From the NCBI GenBank assembly GCA_013239625.1, contig MU053881.1, forward strand, positions 3,741,957 to 3,805,956: a stretch of 64,000 nucleotides of DNA. The letters are read 5' to 3'. The position numbers were made by a program, and so were the translations under genes. The notes under the pieces are model-generated. The model ran no database searches, was not told the DNA's origin, and saw only the letters and a program-made list of their open reading frames with translations. Every line of letters starts with the position of its first letter. Within the stretch, counting starts at the first letter, position 1. The stretch comes from Lama guanicoe (lineage: Eukaryota). Shown in pieces: positions 48,151 to 60,595 of the stretch.

Positions 48151-48679
48151 ACATAATTTATTACACTGTACAATCACTATCTGGATACATTTGTCTTTTC
48201 ACCTTCAAGATTCTGAGTGCCTTCAAAGCGCTGATTATGTCTTATTCATGTCCGTCCCCAATATCTGGCACACAGCAGGTGTTTAATAAATGCCAGCTCA
48301 ATGTAATTAATTCCAAAGTGTCTTTATTTTGTCATCCACTCACTTTCTGCTGAGCAAAGCACTCAAGATTCTGGAAGCAAGCAGTGAACGTGCGTCTCAG
48401 ACGTCTTTCAGATGTGACTTTAGGCAGCTGATGACGGCTTGAGCCTTAGTTTGTAAAACAAGAATGATTATATCAACTTTCTGGGATTTTTTTGAGCGTG
48501 AGAAGTAAGGTATTTGAGCGATGTATCATGCATCTGTCAGCTCCAGACGCTAAGATGGTGCAGTGTTTGAATAGGGATGGCACGTGGTTTATTGGAATAG
48601 AATCGACTGCCTGAAACCAATTCCTGGGCAGTGGAGACTTGCCTTGTGATGAGGAAGTGCCACACAAGACTTCGACTTC

Positions 48680-49165
48680 GTCAATAAAGGGTGTTGGGAA
48701 CACTGGGCACTTGAGAGAAAAAGATCACCACCTCCCACCATACTTCAAGATAAATTCCAGATGGATTATAGAGTTAAATGCAACAAGACACACACAAGTA
48801 AAAATAAAAAGGTAGGAGGGGAATATGGCCATATGTTTGTATTTCGTATTTAATGTTATCATCTTGCCGGGTGATTCTCCGTACAGAATAGGGAATAACA
48901 TTCTTAAGACAAGGACAATGGGAAAAGACACATAAAAATATAACGATGTGACTATATAAAATTCAAGACTACTTTTTTATTTTAAAAACGATAAAATAAA
49001 GAAAGAGACATGTGAAAAGTGTTATAAAAATAACAAGGGATGAAATCCCTTCCGTGTGGAAGGTTATTACAAATCAATATGAAAAATAAAAAACGTGATT
49101 CAAACAGCAAACATGGAAAAACAGTTCAACCTTCCCCATAATCAAATAAAAGCAAAATTAAATCA
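48680..49165 (+). mobile_element. old L1M ORF2 fragment
   Basis: 'aataaagggtgttgggaacactgg...ccatacttcaagataaattccagatggattatagagttaaatg'. Confidence 0.7.
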
Positions 49166-50102
49166 TTGTCATTCAGGTGACTGCCTTGGTCAAAATCCTT
49201 CAAGGAAGGGCTCCTCCTTGCCTTGGAGATTTAACCCGAGATCAGTAACCCAACACACAAGGTCTCGTACATTTGGGAGCCTGCCTGCCCCTCTAGGTCC
49301 GGCCACTTCCCTGGTCGTTGGATGGAAGCTTCCATTCCATGTGAACCTCTCCCTTTTCCTGCACACGATGCTGCCTGAGATTTTGCACATACTGTTCCCT
49401 GTGTCTGGACCAGCCTTCCCAACCCTCTCCTTGGTAAATCTCCGCCCACCTTTTAATATCTGGCTGAACCTCGATTCCAGTTCAGTTTGACCAGTGCCCG
49501 TGTTCTTGGGAAAAACGTGTTAGCAAGTGCCTGGCCACGTAGGCTTCCTCACAGAGAAAAGGCTGACTTCTCTCAAGCTGCGTGATCTTCCGGGAAGCAG
49601 CTGTGACCCTCACACTGGCTCTCAGAGCTGGGATGAAGAGGTGAGCGGGGGAGGTGACATTCCTGGCAGGCTTGGACAGAGTCATAGAGACTGTCCGATT
49701 CCGCGATGTCCTCCCTATGCTGCCCTAAGCCAGTTCGACTCAGGGGTCAGCTGAGATTAAGGCTGTCGGAAACGATCAGGCAGGTTGTCCCCAGACATGG
49801 GACATGCCTCTGCTAAAAACTCTTCTTTTTCTTTTAATCTAAAATTCAAACTGAACTGAGCATCCTGTATTTTTATTTAACTCTTGACCACCTTAGCTCA
49901 GAAGGAGGTTGAAGCGTGACCGCCCAATTTTCAAGACTTTGGGAGGGACCCTTGTTGGGGACGGGCCTGAGAGGGACGGGTGACTTGCTACTTGAAACCT
50001 GAGTGGTGACTGAAGTCCCAGCTGGGAGGCTGCTCTGCACACAGTGGCTGGTGCCTGCCCTCTGCATGAATGGCGTCCTGAGGAGGGTGGGGTTTTTGTT
50101 GT

Positions 50103-50106
<4 letters not shown>

Positions 50107-50140
<34 letters not shown>
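50107..50140. repeat. (TG)n microsatellite
   Basis: Directly visible. Confidence 0.98.
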
Positions 50141-50144
<4 letters not shown>

Positions 50145-50346
50145 TAAGCATCAGCAAGTACACGCACTACACCTGTTGGGCGCAGGGCTCTCCAGTGGCA
50201 AGGGTAAGGTCTTTTGAACCAGATGGATTTGGGTCTAATCTCAATTTAACTTTGGGCAAGCTCTGAGCCACCATTTCACCATCTGCAAAACAGGGATCAT
50301 AGCCACTGCCGAGGGCTGCTGTAAGGATTAAATAAGAAAACATGTA

Positions 50347-50485
50347 GGGGGGAGGGTGTAGCTCAGTTGGTAGAGCATGTGCTTAGCACGCACAAGGTCC
50401 TGGGTTCAATCCCCAGTACCTTCATTAAACCTAGTTACCTCCCCACCACTGGCCAAATATATATATCTGAATATATATGTATATC
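50347..50485 (+). mobile_element. Vic-1-type SINE inserted in a MIR (~50195-50530)
   Basis: 'ggggggagggtgtagctcagttggtagagcatgtgcttagcacgcacaaggtcctgggttcaatccccagtacc'; A and B boxes intact; flanking acatgt repeats. Confidence 0.92.
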
Positions 50486-53400
50486 TGAAGACATGTGAAT
50501 TCACTGAACATAGAACTTGGCATATTGGGGAGCGCCATTCCAGCACGGGCGCCGTCTCTCCTTCCTGCCTGAGGCTACCCTGCCAGCCCCACATGCAGTG
50601 TAGACAGTGCTCACTCAACACACACCAGCTGAGCGAGTGGCTAGATCAATGGAGATGTTGGGGAAAGCTTTCCCTCTGCAAAGTCAGGGTTTTCGGAGCT
50701 TTTGCAAAGCCACTCCCAACTTGGAAGAAGTAAGTCTCTTTCACCAATGGTGCTATTTTGATTGTTTGACACCAAAATAGAAACCTCTAGCACTGGGTCT
50801 TAGAGCCCAAACCCAACTTGCCTGGAGAGCGGATGTCGGGCTAGTAGTGGCTTCTGTGCCCATGAACTCTGGCCCGAGCCGATGGGCTGCTTGAGTCAAT
50901 TCAGGGAGCCCCGAGAGACCTTCCCGGGATGACGTTTGGGACCCGCATGATGTGTGGCCAGATGCCTCTGCAAGGTGCCGGATTTAGGGTCGGAGTGGCT
51001 CGCTGAGGTGATGGGTGTTGTGAAACCTTAGGACAGCCTGTTCCAGGGACACATCGTGATTAGCCAGTCTGTCCTCTTCCTACAGCGAATAAACACAATC
51101 AGGGGAGCCCGGACGGGCAGACAGAAGGGCGGCGGGGCCGCCCAGCTGCAGCTCTTCTCCCTGGAGGAGCCCCAGGCCGGGCTTCTTGTCCTGGGCTCAC
51201 CTGTACAGCCCTGGACGGGGCCCTGTCCACCATGGGCCATAGTGGGGACACCTGGGGGAGAACTTCTGGAGCAGTTGCTCCCTAATATACAATGGCGAGT
51301 GCAGACCTTGTCACCCAAACGAAAACCCCTCCGAGGAAGGAAAAGGAAGAGGGAGCTGGCATTTAATGAGCGCCATTAAACTCTGTGCCTGGTGACTTAA
51401 TCAGCCGTCTCTGGGTGTCCTCACCATCCTTCACGTGTCAGCTGTCCTCAGCTTGGGGCCACGTGCGCAGGGCTGGGGGTGGGGGTAGGGGTCAAAGCTA
51501 GGAGTAGACTCTTCTCCCTGGAGGAAGCCATGCAGGCATCAGAGACACGAACCCCCCCAGGGCCTCCCTGGCTCCCCGCCTCCTCGTCTAGTTTTGGGAT
51601 GAGGGAGCTGAGGTGCACAGAGGAGACAGCGCTGCCTTGGGCCCGCCCCCTCGAGGCTAGAACCAGCCTTCCGCCTGGCACCCCCACCTTCCGCTGTACC
51701 CCCTTGACTCCTCCCATTGCCACTCATGTCCCTTGTTGTTGTTGAAGGGGCTCCTGAGCTGGCCCCATCAGCCGGGCACAGCGGGTGCCACCAGAGCCAG
51801 CTCGAAGGTGCTGCTCACCACTGTGGGGCGCGTCTCCCCAGGGCCCAGCTCGGCCGCCCCCCCGACTTTGCCAAGACTGTCGTCCCCTTGTTGTCACAGT
51901 GCCTCCCCATGGAAGAAGCTTTTCTTTTTCCTTGATGAGAGTTAAAAGTATCACTGATGTTATCATCAAAAAAAAAAGGTAAAATTGTAGCATTCAAACT
52001 CCGGTCTCCCAGGAAGATGCCCCAGCCCCCAGCAAGCAGGGTTTGCCGTCGGTCCCCTGTTCTTGACCTTGGTTGTCCTTGGTTGACCTTGGCTCCCGGG
52101 GGGGGGGGCTGTGGCGGGCGCACCTCGCCTCTCAGACTCCCCTGTGGCCGGCACAGAACTGGCCCCTGGGCTGTGCCCGATGCCTCCTTGTGCAATAAAG
52201 CAAGAAACAGGGTGTGAGTCAGTGACCAGATATTATCCCTGTGAAGTGAAATGCATGAGGGCCTGTGCCCAGGTGTCCAGCACAAGTCACACGCCACAGC
52301 CCTGCCTGGCCTCCGAACGGGTCCCTCCTCCCTACAGGTGCACTCTGTTGGGCCGTAATCTCTCCTAGTTTGCGGTGTACCTCTGGACTGACTTTCCAGC
52401 GGGGTGATGGGTGGTTGTGGGCCATTCAAACCAGCCCCCCTCAGCCCAAGTTCTTTCCTCTTCCGCTCTTGCTCTTTATATTTAATTTTGTTATTTTCCA
52501 TGACATTGGAGAGACAGATTAAATGCAACTAAATGGAAACGGACTCTGAATAGCATCATGGCATTACCACAAAGAGCTTTTAATACAGACAAATTAGTTG
52601 CTAGATTTGGAAACTGAAGCTACACTTCTGGAAATCTCTGCTGCATCTGAAGAAGAAAAAGGTTTTAGAACCAGTAAAGATTTTATTGTAAGCCTGGTAT
52701 TAGTTCTTTTGTTACTAGTAATTAATGGCCTAAGGGAGGGAGGGATTGGGGAACAACCGATGGTTTCTGAGGACCTACTGTGTGTCATGCTTGCTGTACG
52801 TCTCATCATGTGGCCATGACCGAGGCCCAGATGCAGGTAGCCAGGCTGGTCTGGGCTCAAATTCTGTCTCTACCCCTTCCTGGCCAGGTAACCTTGGGCT
52901 ATGATCCTCTGAACTTGTGAGTCCACACCCATCAGATGGTGAAGTCTACCCTGACCTCGCTTAACCGCTCTGGGGGGGATTAATTCCAACAAGATCTGGA
53001 ATGGGGCTTGTACACACATATTCAAAGCAAAATAAGTAGGAATCATTCAAGTAATAGTATTAGTAATTCTTAGATGGTTCAGCCAAAAAAAAAAAAATGA
53101 TTCGGCCAAAGTGAATTTGAACAAATGAGCAATTGGGTCAAAACAATTTGGAAGAAAACTGAGTTGCTAACAGGGCAACTTGGCCCAAACAAAAATTTGG
53201 TGGAAAATGAGTATCCGCAGTGGTTGACACTTGAGACATCTATTGCAAATCCATCCTCCCGTGTGCCAAGCATGTCTGCACGCTTCCTTCTAGGGTTTTC
53301 CATTGTCTTCCTGTTTCGTTTCTGCTTTATTTCAGTAATTTCTTCTTGCTCTTCATTGTAACAGGGAGATGTTGGGACGCAATAAATATTCAGTAGAAAG

Positions 53401-54049
53401 CGAAAAACCTACATGGCCAAGGAAAGCGGAGATAGTTGAGATGACCACCTCATCTACCGAGGTGATTTAAATGAATTATAGATTGTTGCAAAATCATGTG
53501 TATGGCATAAGCTCAGTTTTGTAGAAAAATATCGTGTCTGCGTAAGAAGCCACGGCTACATCCAGAGAGTAGGTGGGGAGGGACGTGAGGACCTGTGAGT
53601 TTTTCATGCTTTTATTTTGGTTCTCTCTATGTATGTTTTACTATTTCTGAGACAAGAATGCACTCCGTTAATACTAAGAAAGAAACTAAAAGAAAAAGCT
53701 CAAAACCTTTCTGTCTTTTGAATCGTCTTTTTTTAAACTTTAAACGATGTCATTTGTTTAAGCCAATTCCACCTTTTCTGACTTTTTCATATTTTGCAAT
53801 TTCTCATACATTGAGATTGAGGTTATTCCCCAATCTGTGAAATGGGGATAAAAACATTTACCATAAATGATGAGTGGAAGGATGGAGTGAACCGTCATAT
53901 ATAAAATTTCTTGCTCGGTCCTGAGCATATTGTAGGTCCTAAACAAGTGATAATTGACGGTTTTCGTCTTGTGGAAATATGTTCTAACAAGCCTTTGTAG
54001 TTGCGTATGGGTTGTCCTCGTCAATTCCTCTGGGTGGACGTGAAGAGTG

Positions 54050-54690
54050 TTTTCCCATTGCCTTTACTTGCAGGATTATATCCTCCTAATTTGTCGCTTC
54101 CTCCATGTAACCCTGCTCCATATGCCAGGCTGTTCTGCTTCCAGCAGCCAGAGCTGCTCCTTTTAAAACTTGAACTGGGCCACACTAGTTGTCAGAACTC
54201 CAATGAATTCCTATCATTTTTAGGTTGAGAGTGAAGCCTGACTGGGGCCCACAGGCCCCTGTGCTCTCAGGCCCTGGCCACTCCCTTCTGACTCTTTACC
54301 TATCTGGTTCTAGCTTGGTCACTGCGAGTTCTCAATACACCAAGGCTGTTCTGCCTCAGGGCCTTTGCATGTCTCATCCATTCCCTTTGTGGAGATGCTC
54401 TTGCCCTGGCTGTGTGCCTGGCTGCCTCCCTCAGTGCCTCAAGGTCTCAGTTGTCATCCCCTCAGCCAGGCTTTCCCAGAGCCTTTTGCCTTTCTTTCTT
54501 CACGGCACTTATGCACAATATTTAATATGCATATGTCTGTTTATTTAATGCCTCTCTTTCCCACCAAAATGTGAGCTTCCCAAAGGGATGAACTTTGTTG
54601 AATTAGCTCACATTTGTGTCCATCCAGGCCTTAGAAGAACACTGTCCTCTTGAACTCCCAGGAAGCGTTTGTGGAATGGATGAGTGGAAT
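54050..54690 (+). mobile_element. L2 LINE fragment with 3' end
   Basis: 'ctgcctcagggcctttgcatg', ending 'gtttgtggaatggatgagtggaat'. Confidence 0.75.
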
Positions 54691-55397
54691 AAAAAAGGGA
54701 GTGAAGTCTGACCTTAATACTCATCACAAGTAGTTTAAATAAAAACGATCTCCTGAAAATGGCTAAGAAGTGAACACCCTCCTCCCCGCTCCAAAAGAAG
54801 AGAACACAATCTCTGAAACACGGCTGAAATTCTTAAAGAATCACAACCAGTCTCCAGATCACCTAGTGATGTGCCAAAATGAATAATCCTTGACAAAGAG
54901 GGAGTGAGGATTTATTCCCTCTCAACCAATCAGCATCCTGCCCAGGTATCGGTGGACCAACTTGCCTGTAGCCAAATTGTTTTTCAGCCACATCACCTAG
55001 GATCAGTGCGGTGGGTGCAGTGGGAGATACAGCAGAAAGTTGGGGTCTCTAACTCAGCTTATCCCCCATGAAGCGGGGCAAACCCTGATTCTGCAGTTCT
55101 GGGTACCAAGCTGTGTTTCTAGAGGAAAACCACCCTTTCCTGCCTACCTCGGCCCCACGAGGGTATCCTAGCCCAGAATAACCCCTCATCTCCCAGAGGT
55201 ACTTAGGGCATCTCAGCCACCCAGCTGGGAACACGTTTCATTCACAGAAAGCTTCATAGAGTCAGCTTGAGAATGGCAAGGCAGGAATGTTGTCAGAAGA
55301 AGGGAAGGGAGAGGGGTGGGCAAGTGCTGTGGGAAGCTAGTGGGGAGGGCTGGAAAGGATCCTCTGGTCCACTTGCCATTGTGTATTTTGGAAGTGT

Positions 55398-55720
55398 ATG
55401 TGTGTAAGAGAGAGACAGACAGAAAGACAGGAAGTGAGAGAGAGTACACAGAGAGAGAGACAGAAAGATGAGACAGAAAAAGAGAAAGAGACAGAGAGAG
55501 AAACAGGGAGGGAGAGACACAGGGTGGGGGGCAGGCCTGTGTGTTTACATACGAGTGTGATAGAGTGTGATGTGTGTCTGTGTCTCTGGGTCCGCGCCTC
55601 TAATGGTTGTCTGTTTATTATCCAAGTACCTCTGTGTGTGGCTATCTGTCTGCTTGCTTCTGCGTGCCTCTGCGTGGCTCTGCCGCTCTCGCTGTGTGTG
55701 CTGTGTGTGATTCTCCACCT
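55398..55720. repeat. GA-rich then TG-rich low-complexity tract
   Basis: Directly visible degenerate (GA)n/(GAGACA)n followed by (TG)-rich sequence. Confidence 0.85.
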
Positions 55721-57617
55721 GTGCTGGGTGGCGGTCCTCTCTGCAGGCACACAGCCTTGCCCTCCCCTGGCTGGGACACTTTGGGTACCGTGCCTGGCTT
55801 GGAAGATGCTGTGGAGATAAACTAGAACACCCAGGACATCCAGCCGCGAGGAAGAAAGGGGCAGGGCCTCGGAGTCGCAGCCCAGCTGGCAAAACTGGAT
55901 GCAGTGAAGTTTCTAAATCCCTGGCCCAGTCCAATGGGAGACCCGCACGTGGGAATCCAGGCTTCTGAGCATGACCCAGAGGGACCTCTCCTTCGGCCCC
56001 TAGGGATCGCTTATTACCCTGGCCCATGCTTCCTACCGGTTCCCAATGCCTCAGAACTTTGCTCCAGGCTTTCCATCTTCCTTTGGAACATCCGTAGAAC
56101 ACCTCCTCCAGGAAGCCTCCCCTGACCATCACAGAACAGCTGGCCTCCGTCGCCTGGGTCCCCACTGGGCTTGGACACAGCTCCGTTGGAAGACTTCCGT
56201 CCTTGGCTTGTATGCTTTTCGGTCTGTTGCCTCCATTCTCACCCCCCACAGGACTTCAGAGCTCCTTGAGCACAGGGACCTGGCTTATCTGATTTCATAC
56301 AACCAGGGCCCAGCACAGGGCCTAACGTGCAGAATAAATAAACACTGCCCAGTGGGGCTGAGCCCGGAGACCTGCGTTAGCACAGGCTGACCAGTCCCGT
56401 CTCTTCCCCTCCCTGCGCCTCCCAACACCCCAGGAGGAGGAGGTGGCAGGACACGGGAGCATCGCCCAGCTGCCTCGGGACCTCAGCTAACGCTGCTCTG
56501 CTTGCTACTGGACTTGCTTAAATGTAACCCACGTCTTTTCCTCTGCCCCAATCCCTCCTTAGACAGAGGGCGTTGCCTTTCGCATTGAACTTTCACAAAG
56601 CGTCTCGCTGGATGGGGGCACTCTCTCAATGGCTTTCTTTTCAACAACAAAGAAATGTTTGGGGAATGTGCATTAGCCTAAAACCACCTCAAACAACATG
56701 GGTTTAGAATCCTTAAAGAGATAATCTGACAGAATCTGTAAGAGAAGGAGTCGGAGACACTTTACACAGATTTGGCAATTCTTCCTCGGGGTATGACCTC
56801 TCATTACAAGTGCTAGATGTCATGGCAAATAAGCCTTTTAAAGCTCGGCTTGAAAAAGCAGTGCTGAGTGGTTCTTTTGTGCAGAGCACGAATTTACACA
56901 CACCCAGAGAAAGAAACAAAATCCCCACCGGGCTCCGGTCAGGCAAACGGGAGGCGGACGGTGTTCCCAGCCTGCCCGCCTCGGATGTGGAGCCAGAAGG
57001 CGCTGAGACCCGAGTGAGGAGGAGAAAGATCTGGCAAGTGGAGCTGGATGACGCAAAATGAGTCCTCCGGGGGGCAGACACTTTGGGAAGAGCACGGCCA
57101 GCGTCAGAGTCCAGCCCTTACGTGCGATGTGGAGACGGAGCAGAGTGAAGTTTCTCCATGAATATCACTCGTGATAAAGTAGCTCATCTGTTACTTCCTA
57201 AGTAGCAAAGACCATCTCAGCTGCATCTACTGGATGCTCACCATGACACAAAAGTTGTTCCAAGCTGGTTATCTACAGCATTATTATTATTTTTCCCTCC
57301 ACCTATTTGTAAAGCGGGTATTCGATTTTTTCCTGTTTTTTTTTTTTTTAAATCACTTTCCTAATGAGGAGACTGTGGTTTGAAAACTGGATCCCCAGTC
57401 TCACAAGGATTGGGAGCCGGGATTCAAACCCAGGCCTGACCTCTTCGCCATGGCCTTGTCCCTGCTCTTATAAATATGTCCCACTGTTCATCCAAAATGG
57501 TTGTACCAGAATGCCAGGAGAGTGCTCTATCTGGTAAGGCTCTGTAGCTTCATTCCTCGGCCATTCCTCGCTGGCTGGGTTCTGTGAGTCCTGCTTATCT
57601 CACGAATGGAGGGATGG

Positions 57618-57945
57618 GGTCTTGAAGCCAAATGCATAGAGAGGTCAGGAATGTAATGGAAAGGAATGAAATGTCCCAGGATAAGCAGCTGGGAGAGGTG
57701 GGGGCTGGGGAAAACCAGAAAGCCTACGTTTATCTAAAGGGGACAGAACTCCTGCTCCCAGCCACCACTGCCATGATAATCATGGCCCCACCATGACCAG
57801 ATCTTCACATATTTTTAGAAGCCAGAGAGCCAGGTTGGGGGGTGACACTTTATCTCTAAGAGTTGATCACTCGTGAAAGTTAATTTCCAAAATGTGTGTA
57901 GCACCAACAAAACTCATTTGGGTACTCGAGTTGCAAACTCTGTAT
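57618..57945 (-). mobile_element. MER102-like hAT element
   Basis: 'tatctaaaggggacag...ccagatcttcacatatttttagaagccagagagcc'. Confidence 0.6.
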
Positions 57946-58229
57946 GTGAACGCTGCTTCCACGTGGGGCTCCTGGCATCGTACTGGCTTTGGCATCCTAA
58001 GGCGAGAGTCCACACCCCAGTTCTGCCCCTGGCTAGCTGGGTAGCCTTCCCAAGCCTCAGTTTTCCTGTCTGTAAAGTGGGAAACACTAACAATCCTTCC
58101 CTTACAGTTTTGTTGAGAAGAGTATGAATACATTTGAGCATCTGACTGACACTGCAGATCGGTTATATCCAACACGGAACTGTTCCCAGCCCCTGCTGCC
58201 CCCACCGTTTCTCACATCGGGGCACCATT

Positions 58230-58630
58230 ATCTTCTGGCTGCTCCCTCTGACGGAAATGTTCTCCTACACTTGTTGTAACGTAAAGGGCTCTGCTTTCAA
58301 GAACTTGCCATTGACTGGTTCCCTCTTGCCATCCAGGTCTCAGATCATATGCTCCCTCCTCAGAAACACCCTCCCTGTCCACCCTGTCTAGTTTTGCCAC
58401 CCACCTCCTGCATCAAGCCTCCATGACACTGCCGCCCACCACGCTGCTTTCCCAATAAACCCATTATGATCTCATATAATTTCCTTGTTGCAGAGTCCAC
58501 TGGCCATTTTCCCAGGGTGAGCAAGGACTCCACTGGTCTTTGTGCCCAGTTGCTTTGTTGGCATCCAGAACAGGTCTTGGCACATTGTCGGCACTCAGTA
58601 GATATCGGTTGAATGAATGGATGGATGGAG
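58230..58630 (+). mobile_element. L2 LINE 3' fragment
   Basis: 'ttggcacattgtcggcactcagtagatatcggttgaatgaatggatgg'. Confidence 0.75.
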
Positions 58631-59444
58631 TGCTGGGTGAGACTGTGAGATGCAGTATGATACAGTGGTTTTGAGAAGCTGGTCCCTTGGATTCCTGATG
58701 CCTGGACGACCTGGAGGGCTTGGGGCTTGTTTGGAATCTTGCTATGAATCAGCACTAGGTCCTGCCCCTTCCTTGCTCCCTTACCTAGTAAAATGTTATG
58801 GTCTGAGAAGCAATTAGAGAGATAGAGATAAAGCCTCCTGGAGCATAGATAGAATCAGAAATACAGAATTAGCCTCTAAGCAGGCCGAACAGCTCACAGC
58901 ATCAGGCAGGCCAGTCTGAGAAAGGTGGAGGGGCGCATCTAGCTTTTTACCAAATGCACACGGGCTCAGATGTGTCCAGCGAGAATTTAAACCTTGTTTA
59001 CTTTGACAATTATCTCTACCTGTGGCAGGTAGATTTCCCTTTTTATTGGTGATACAAATGTCCTTTTAGAATAGATATTTTTTGTTTTTTTAAAAAAGAA
59101 AAATATTAAGTGTATAATTTTGAACGTGGTGTGTGGATGTGACAACCTGATGCAGGTGATGGCACACCAGCGGCTGAAGTTCAGCAGGTCCAAACCTGGG
59201 CAGTTAAATGACACTCTCTTGGAACAGACCTCAAAGATCTCTAAGTTGTAGCCCTGGCCCAATTTTCCAACTGTTTCCTTTTCCTCTCTTTCTTTTAGGA
59301 AACTGCCCCAAACTTCCCTGCTTTACCAGTATCCCTGCCTCTGGGCTCAGCTCACTCTCACCCCCTCCCAGCATGCCCTTTGTTCACATACCCATCCTCT
59401 AAGATGCAACCTGTTTCTACCTACACCTGTAAGGTGTAGACTGC

Positions 59445-59532
59445 TTTTTTTTTTTAATGGAGGTACTGGGGCTTGAACCCAGGACGTTGCTCATGCTAAG
59501 CACAAGCTCTACCACTGAGCTATACTCCCACC
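59445..59532 (-). mobile_element. Vic-1-type SINE (short form)
   Basis: Poly(T) then 'aatggaggtactggggcttgaacccaggacgttgctcatgctaagcacaagctctaccactgagctatactccc'. Confidence 0.92.
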
Positions 59533-60149
59533 CACCACCACCTCTAAGATGCAGCCTCCTCTAATTCATTGTTGATCCTTCTGTAATAATCACTGCTACC
59601 ATTTAAACACTTTCTGTGGACCAGACCCAACAGGGACACCCATATTTAAGGGATCTGCTATGGTGGGAGGTTTGTCCTCGTTAGCACCATGTCACTGAGG
59701 GGTGAAGAGCTCTGGCTAAGATCCCTCAGCCGGAAGGACCCGGGACAGGTTCCCATCCAGGAGTCGTGACCCCAGAACCCAGGGGCTTAACCTCCCCGCT
59801 CTCTGTCACCCTGGGCACCTTCTACACAGCCATAGAGTTCCCTGGGTCTGTGTCTTCTCCTTCCAGGGCCCACGAGCTGCTCCAGGGCACATTGTGAATC
59901 ACTCTTCAACTTTGGAGGGTTTGGCACTTATGGAAGATTCTGCAAACGTCACAGGAACCTCAAGCCAGATTAAGCTGATGTTCTCCTGGTGGAGTGGCAG
60001 GCGCGGCAGGGCTGCCCACCTGTCCTGGGAATCTGGGTAGGGCAGCCAGAAGGAGGGCAAGTCACTCATTACTTGGGCGGGGGAGGGGGAAGGCTGTCCT
60101 TTCTGGATCCTTCTAAAAATGGGGGCCCCATTGGAGGTGTTATCTCAGA

Positions 60150-60595
60150 GTTGTGGAACAGACACAGCTTGGGTTTGGGTTCATTCATTTCCTGACTGTA
60201 TAACCCCAGTCAAGCCTCTCCATCTCCCCCAGCCTCAGTTTCCTGATCTGTAAAACCGAGCTGCTGGGAGGCTTATGTGAAATAAAGGAAATACAGCATC
60301 TAACACTGAGCCCGGCACATAGTAGGTCTTCCTTACATCACCATTGGATTTCTGCCCACTTCATCTCATCACCTCTGCCCCCTGCTTCCCTTAGATGGGC
60401 CTGTGTGCAAGAGCGGTGGAGGTTCTTACATCTCCCTCTCCCACTAGCAAGACATCCTTGGGCAATTTACTCTCAAATCTGCAGTCTCCTAATCTGTGAA
60501 ATGGGAATGATAATCCATTTGGCCCAAGGCTGGTTGTGAGGGTTAATGAGATAATTTGGAGCTCTTAGAAGCAGCGATGACCCAGCATGTAGAAA
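60150..60595 (+). mobile_element. two MIR SINEs
   Basis: 'gcctcagtttcctgatctgtaaaa...cccggcacatagtagg' and 'tctgtgaaatgggaatgataat...ggttgtgagggttaatgagataat'. Confidence 0.8.

Noticed and set aside
49825..49880. Second MER53-like piece as a hairpin source
   Set aside because: Only one arm is present, so no palindrome forms.
52598..52819. 73-aa ORF with an acidic N-terminus and a hydrophobic TM-like stretch
   Set aside because: Non-ATG start, no supporting splice structure, runs toward a MIR, and no family I recognise. PhyloCSF would be needed to revive it.
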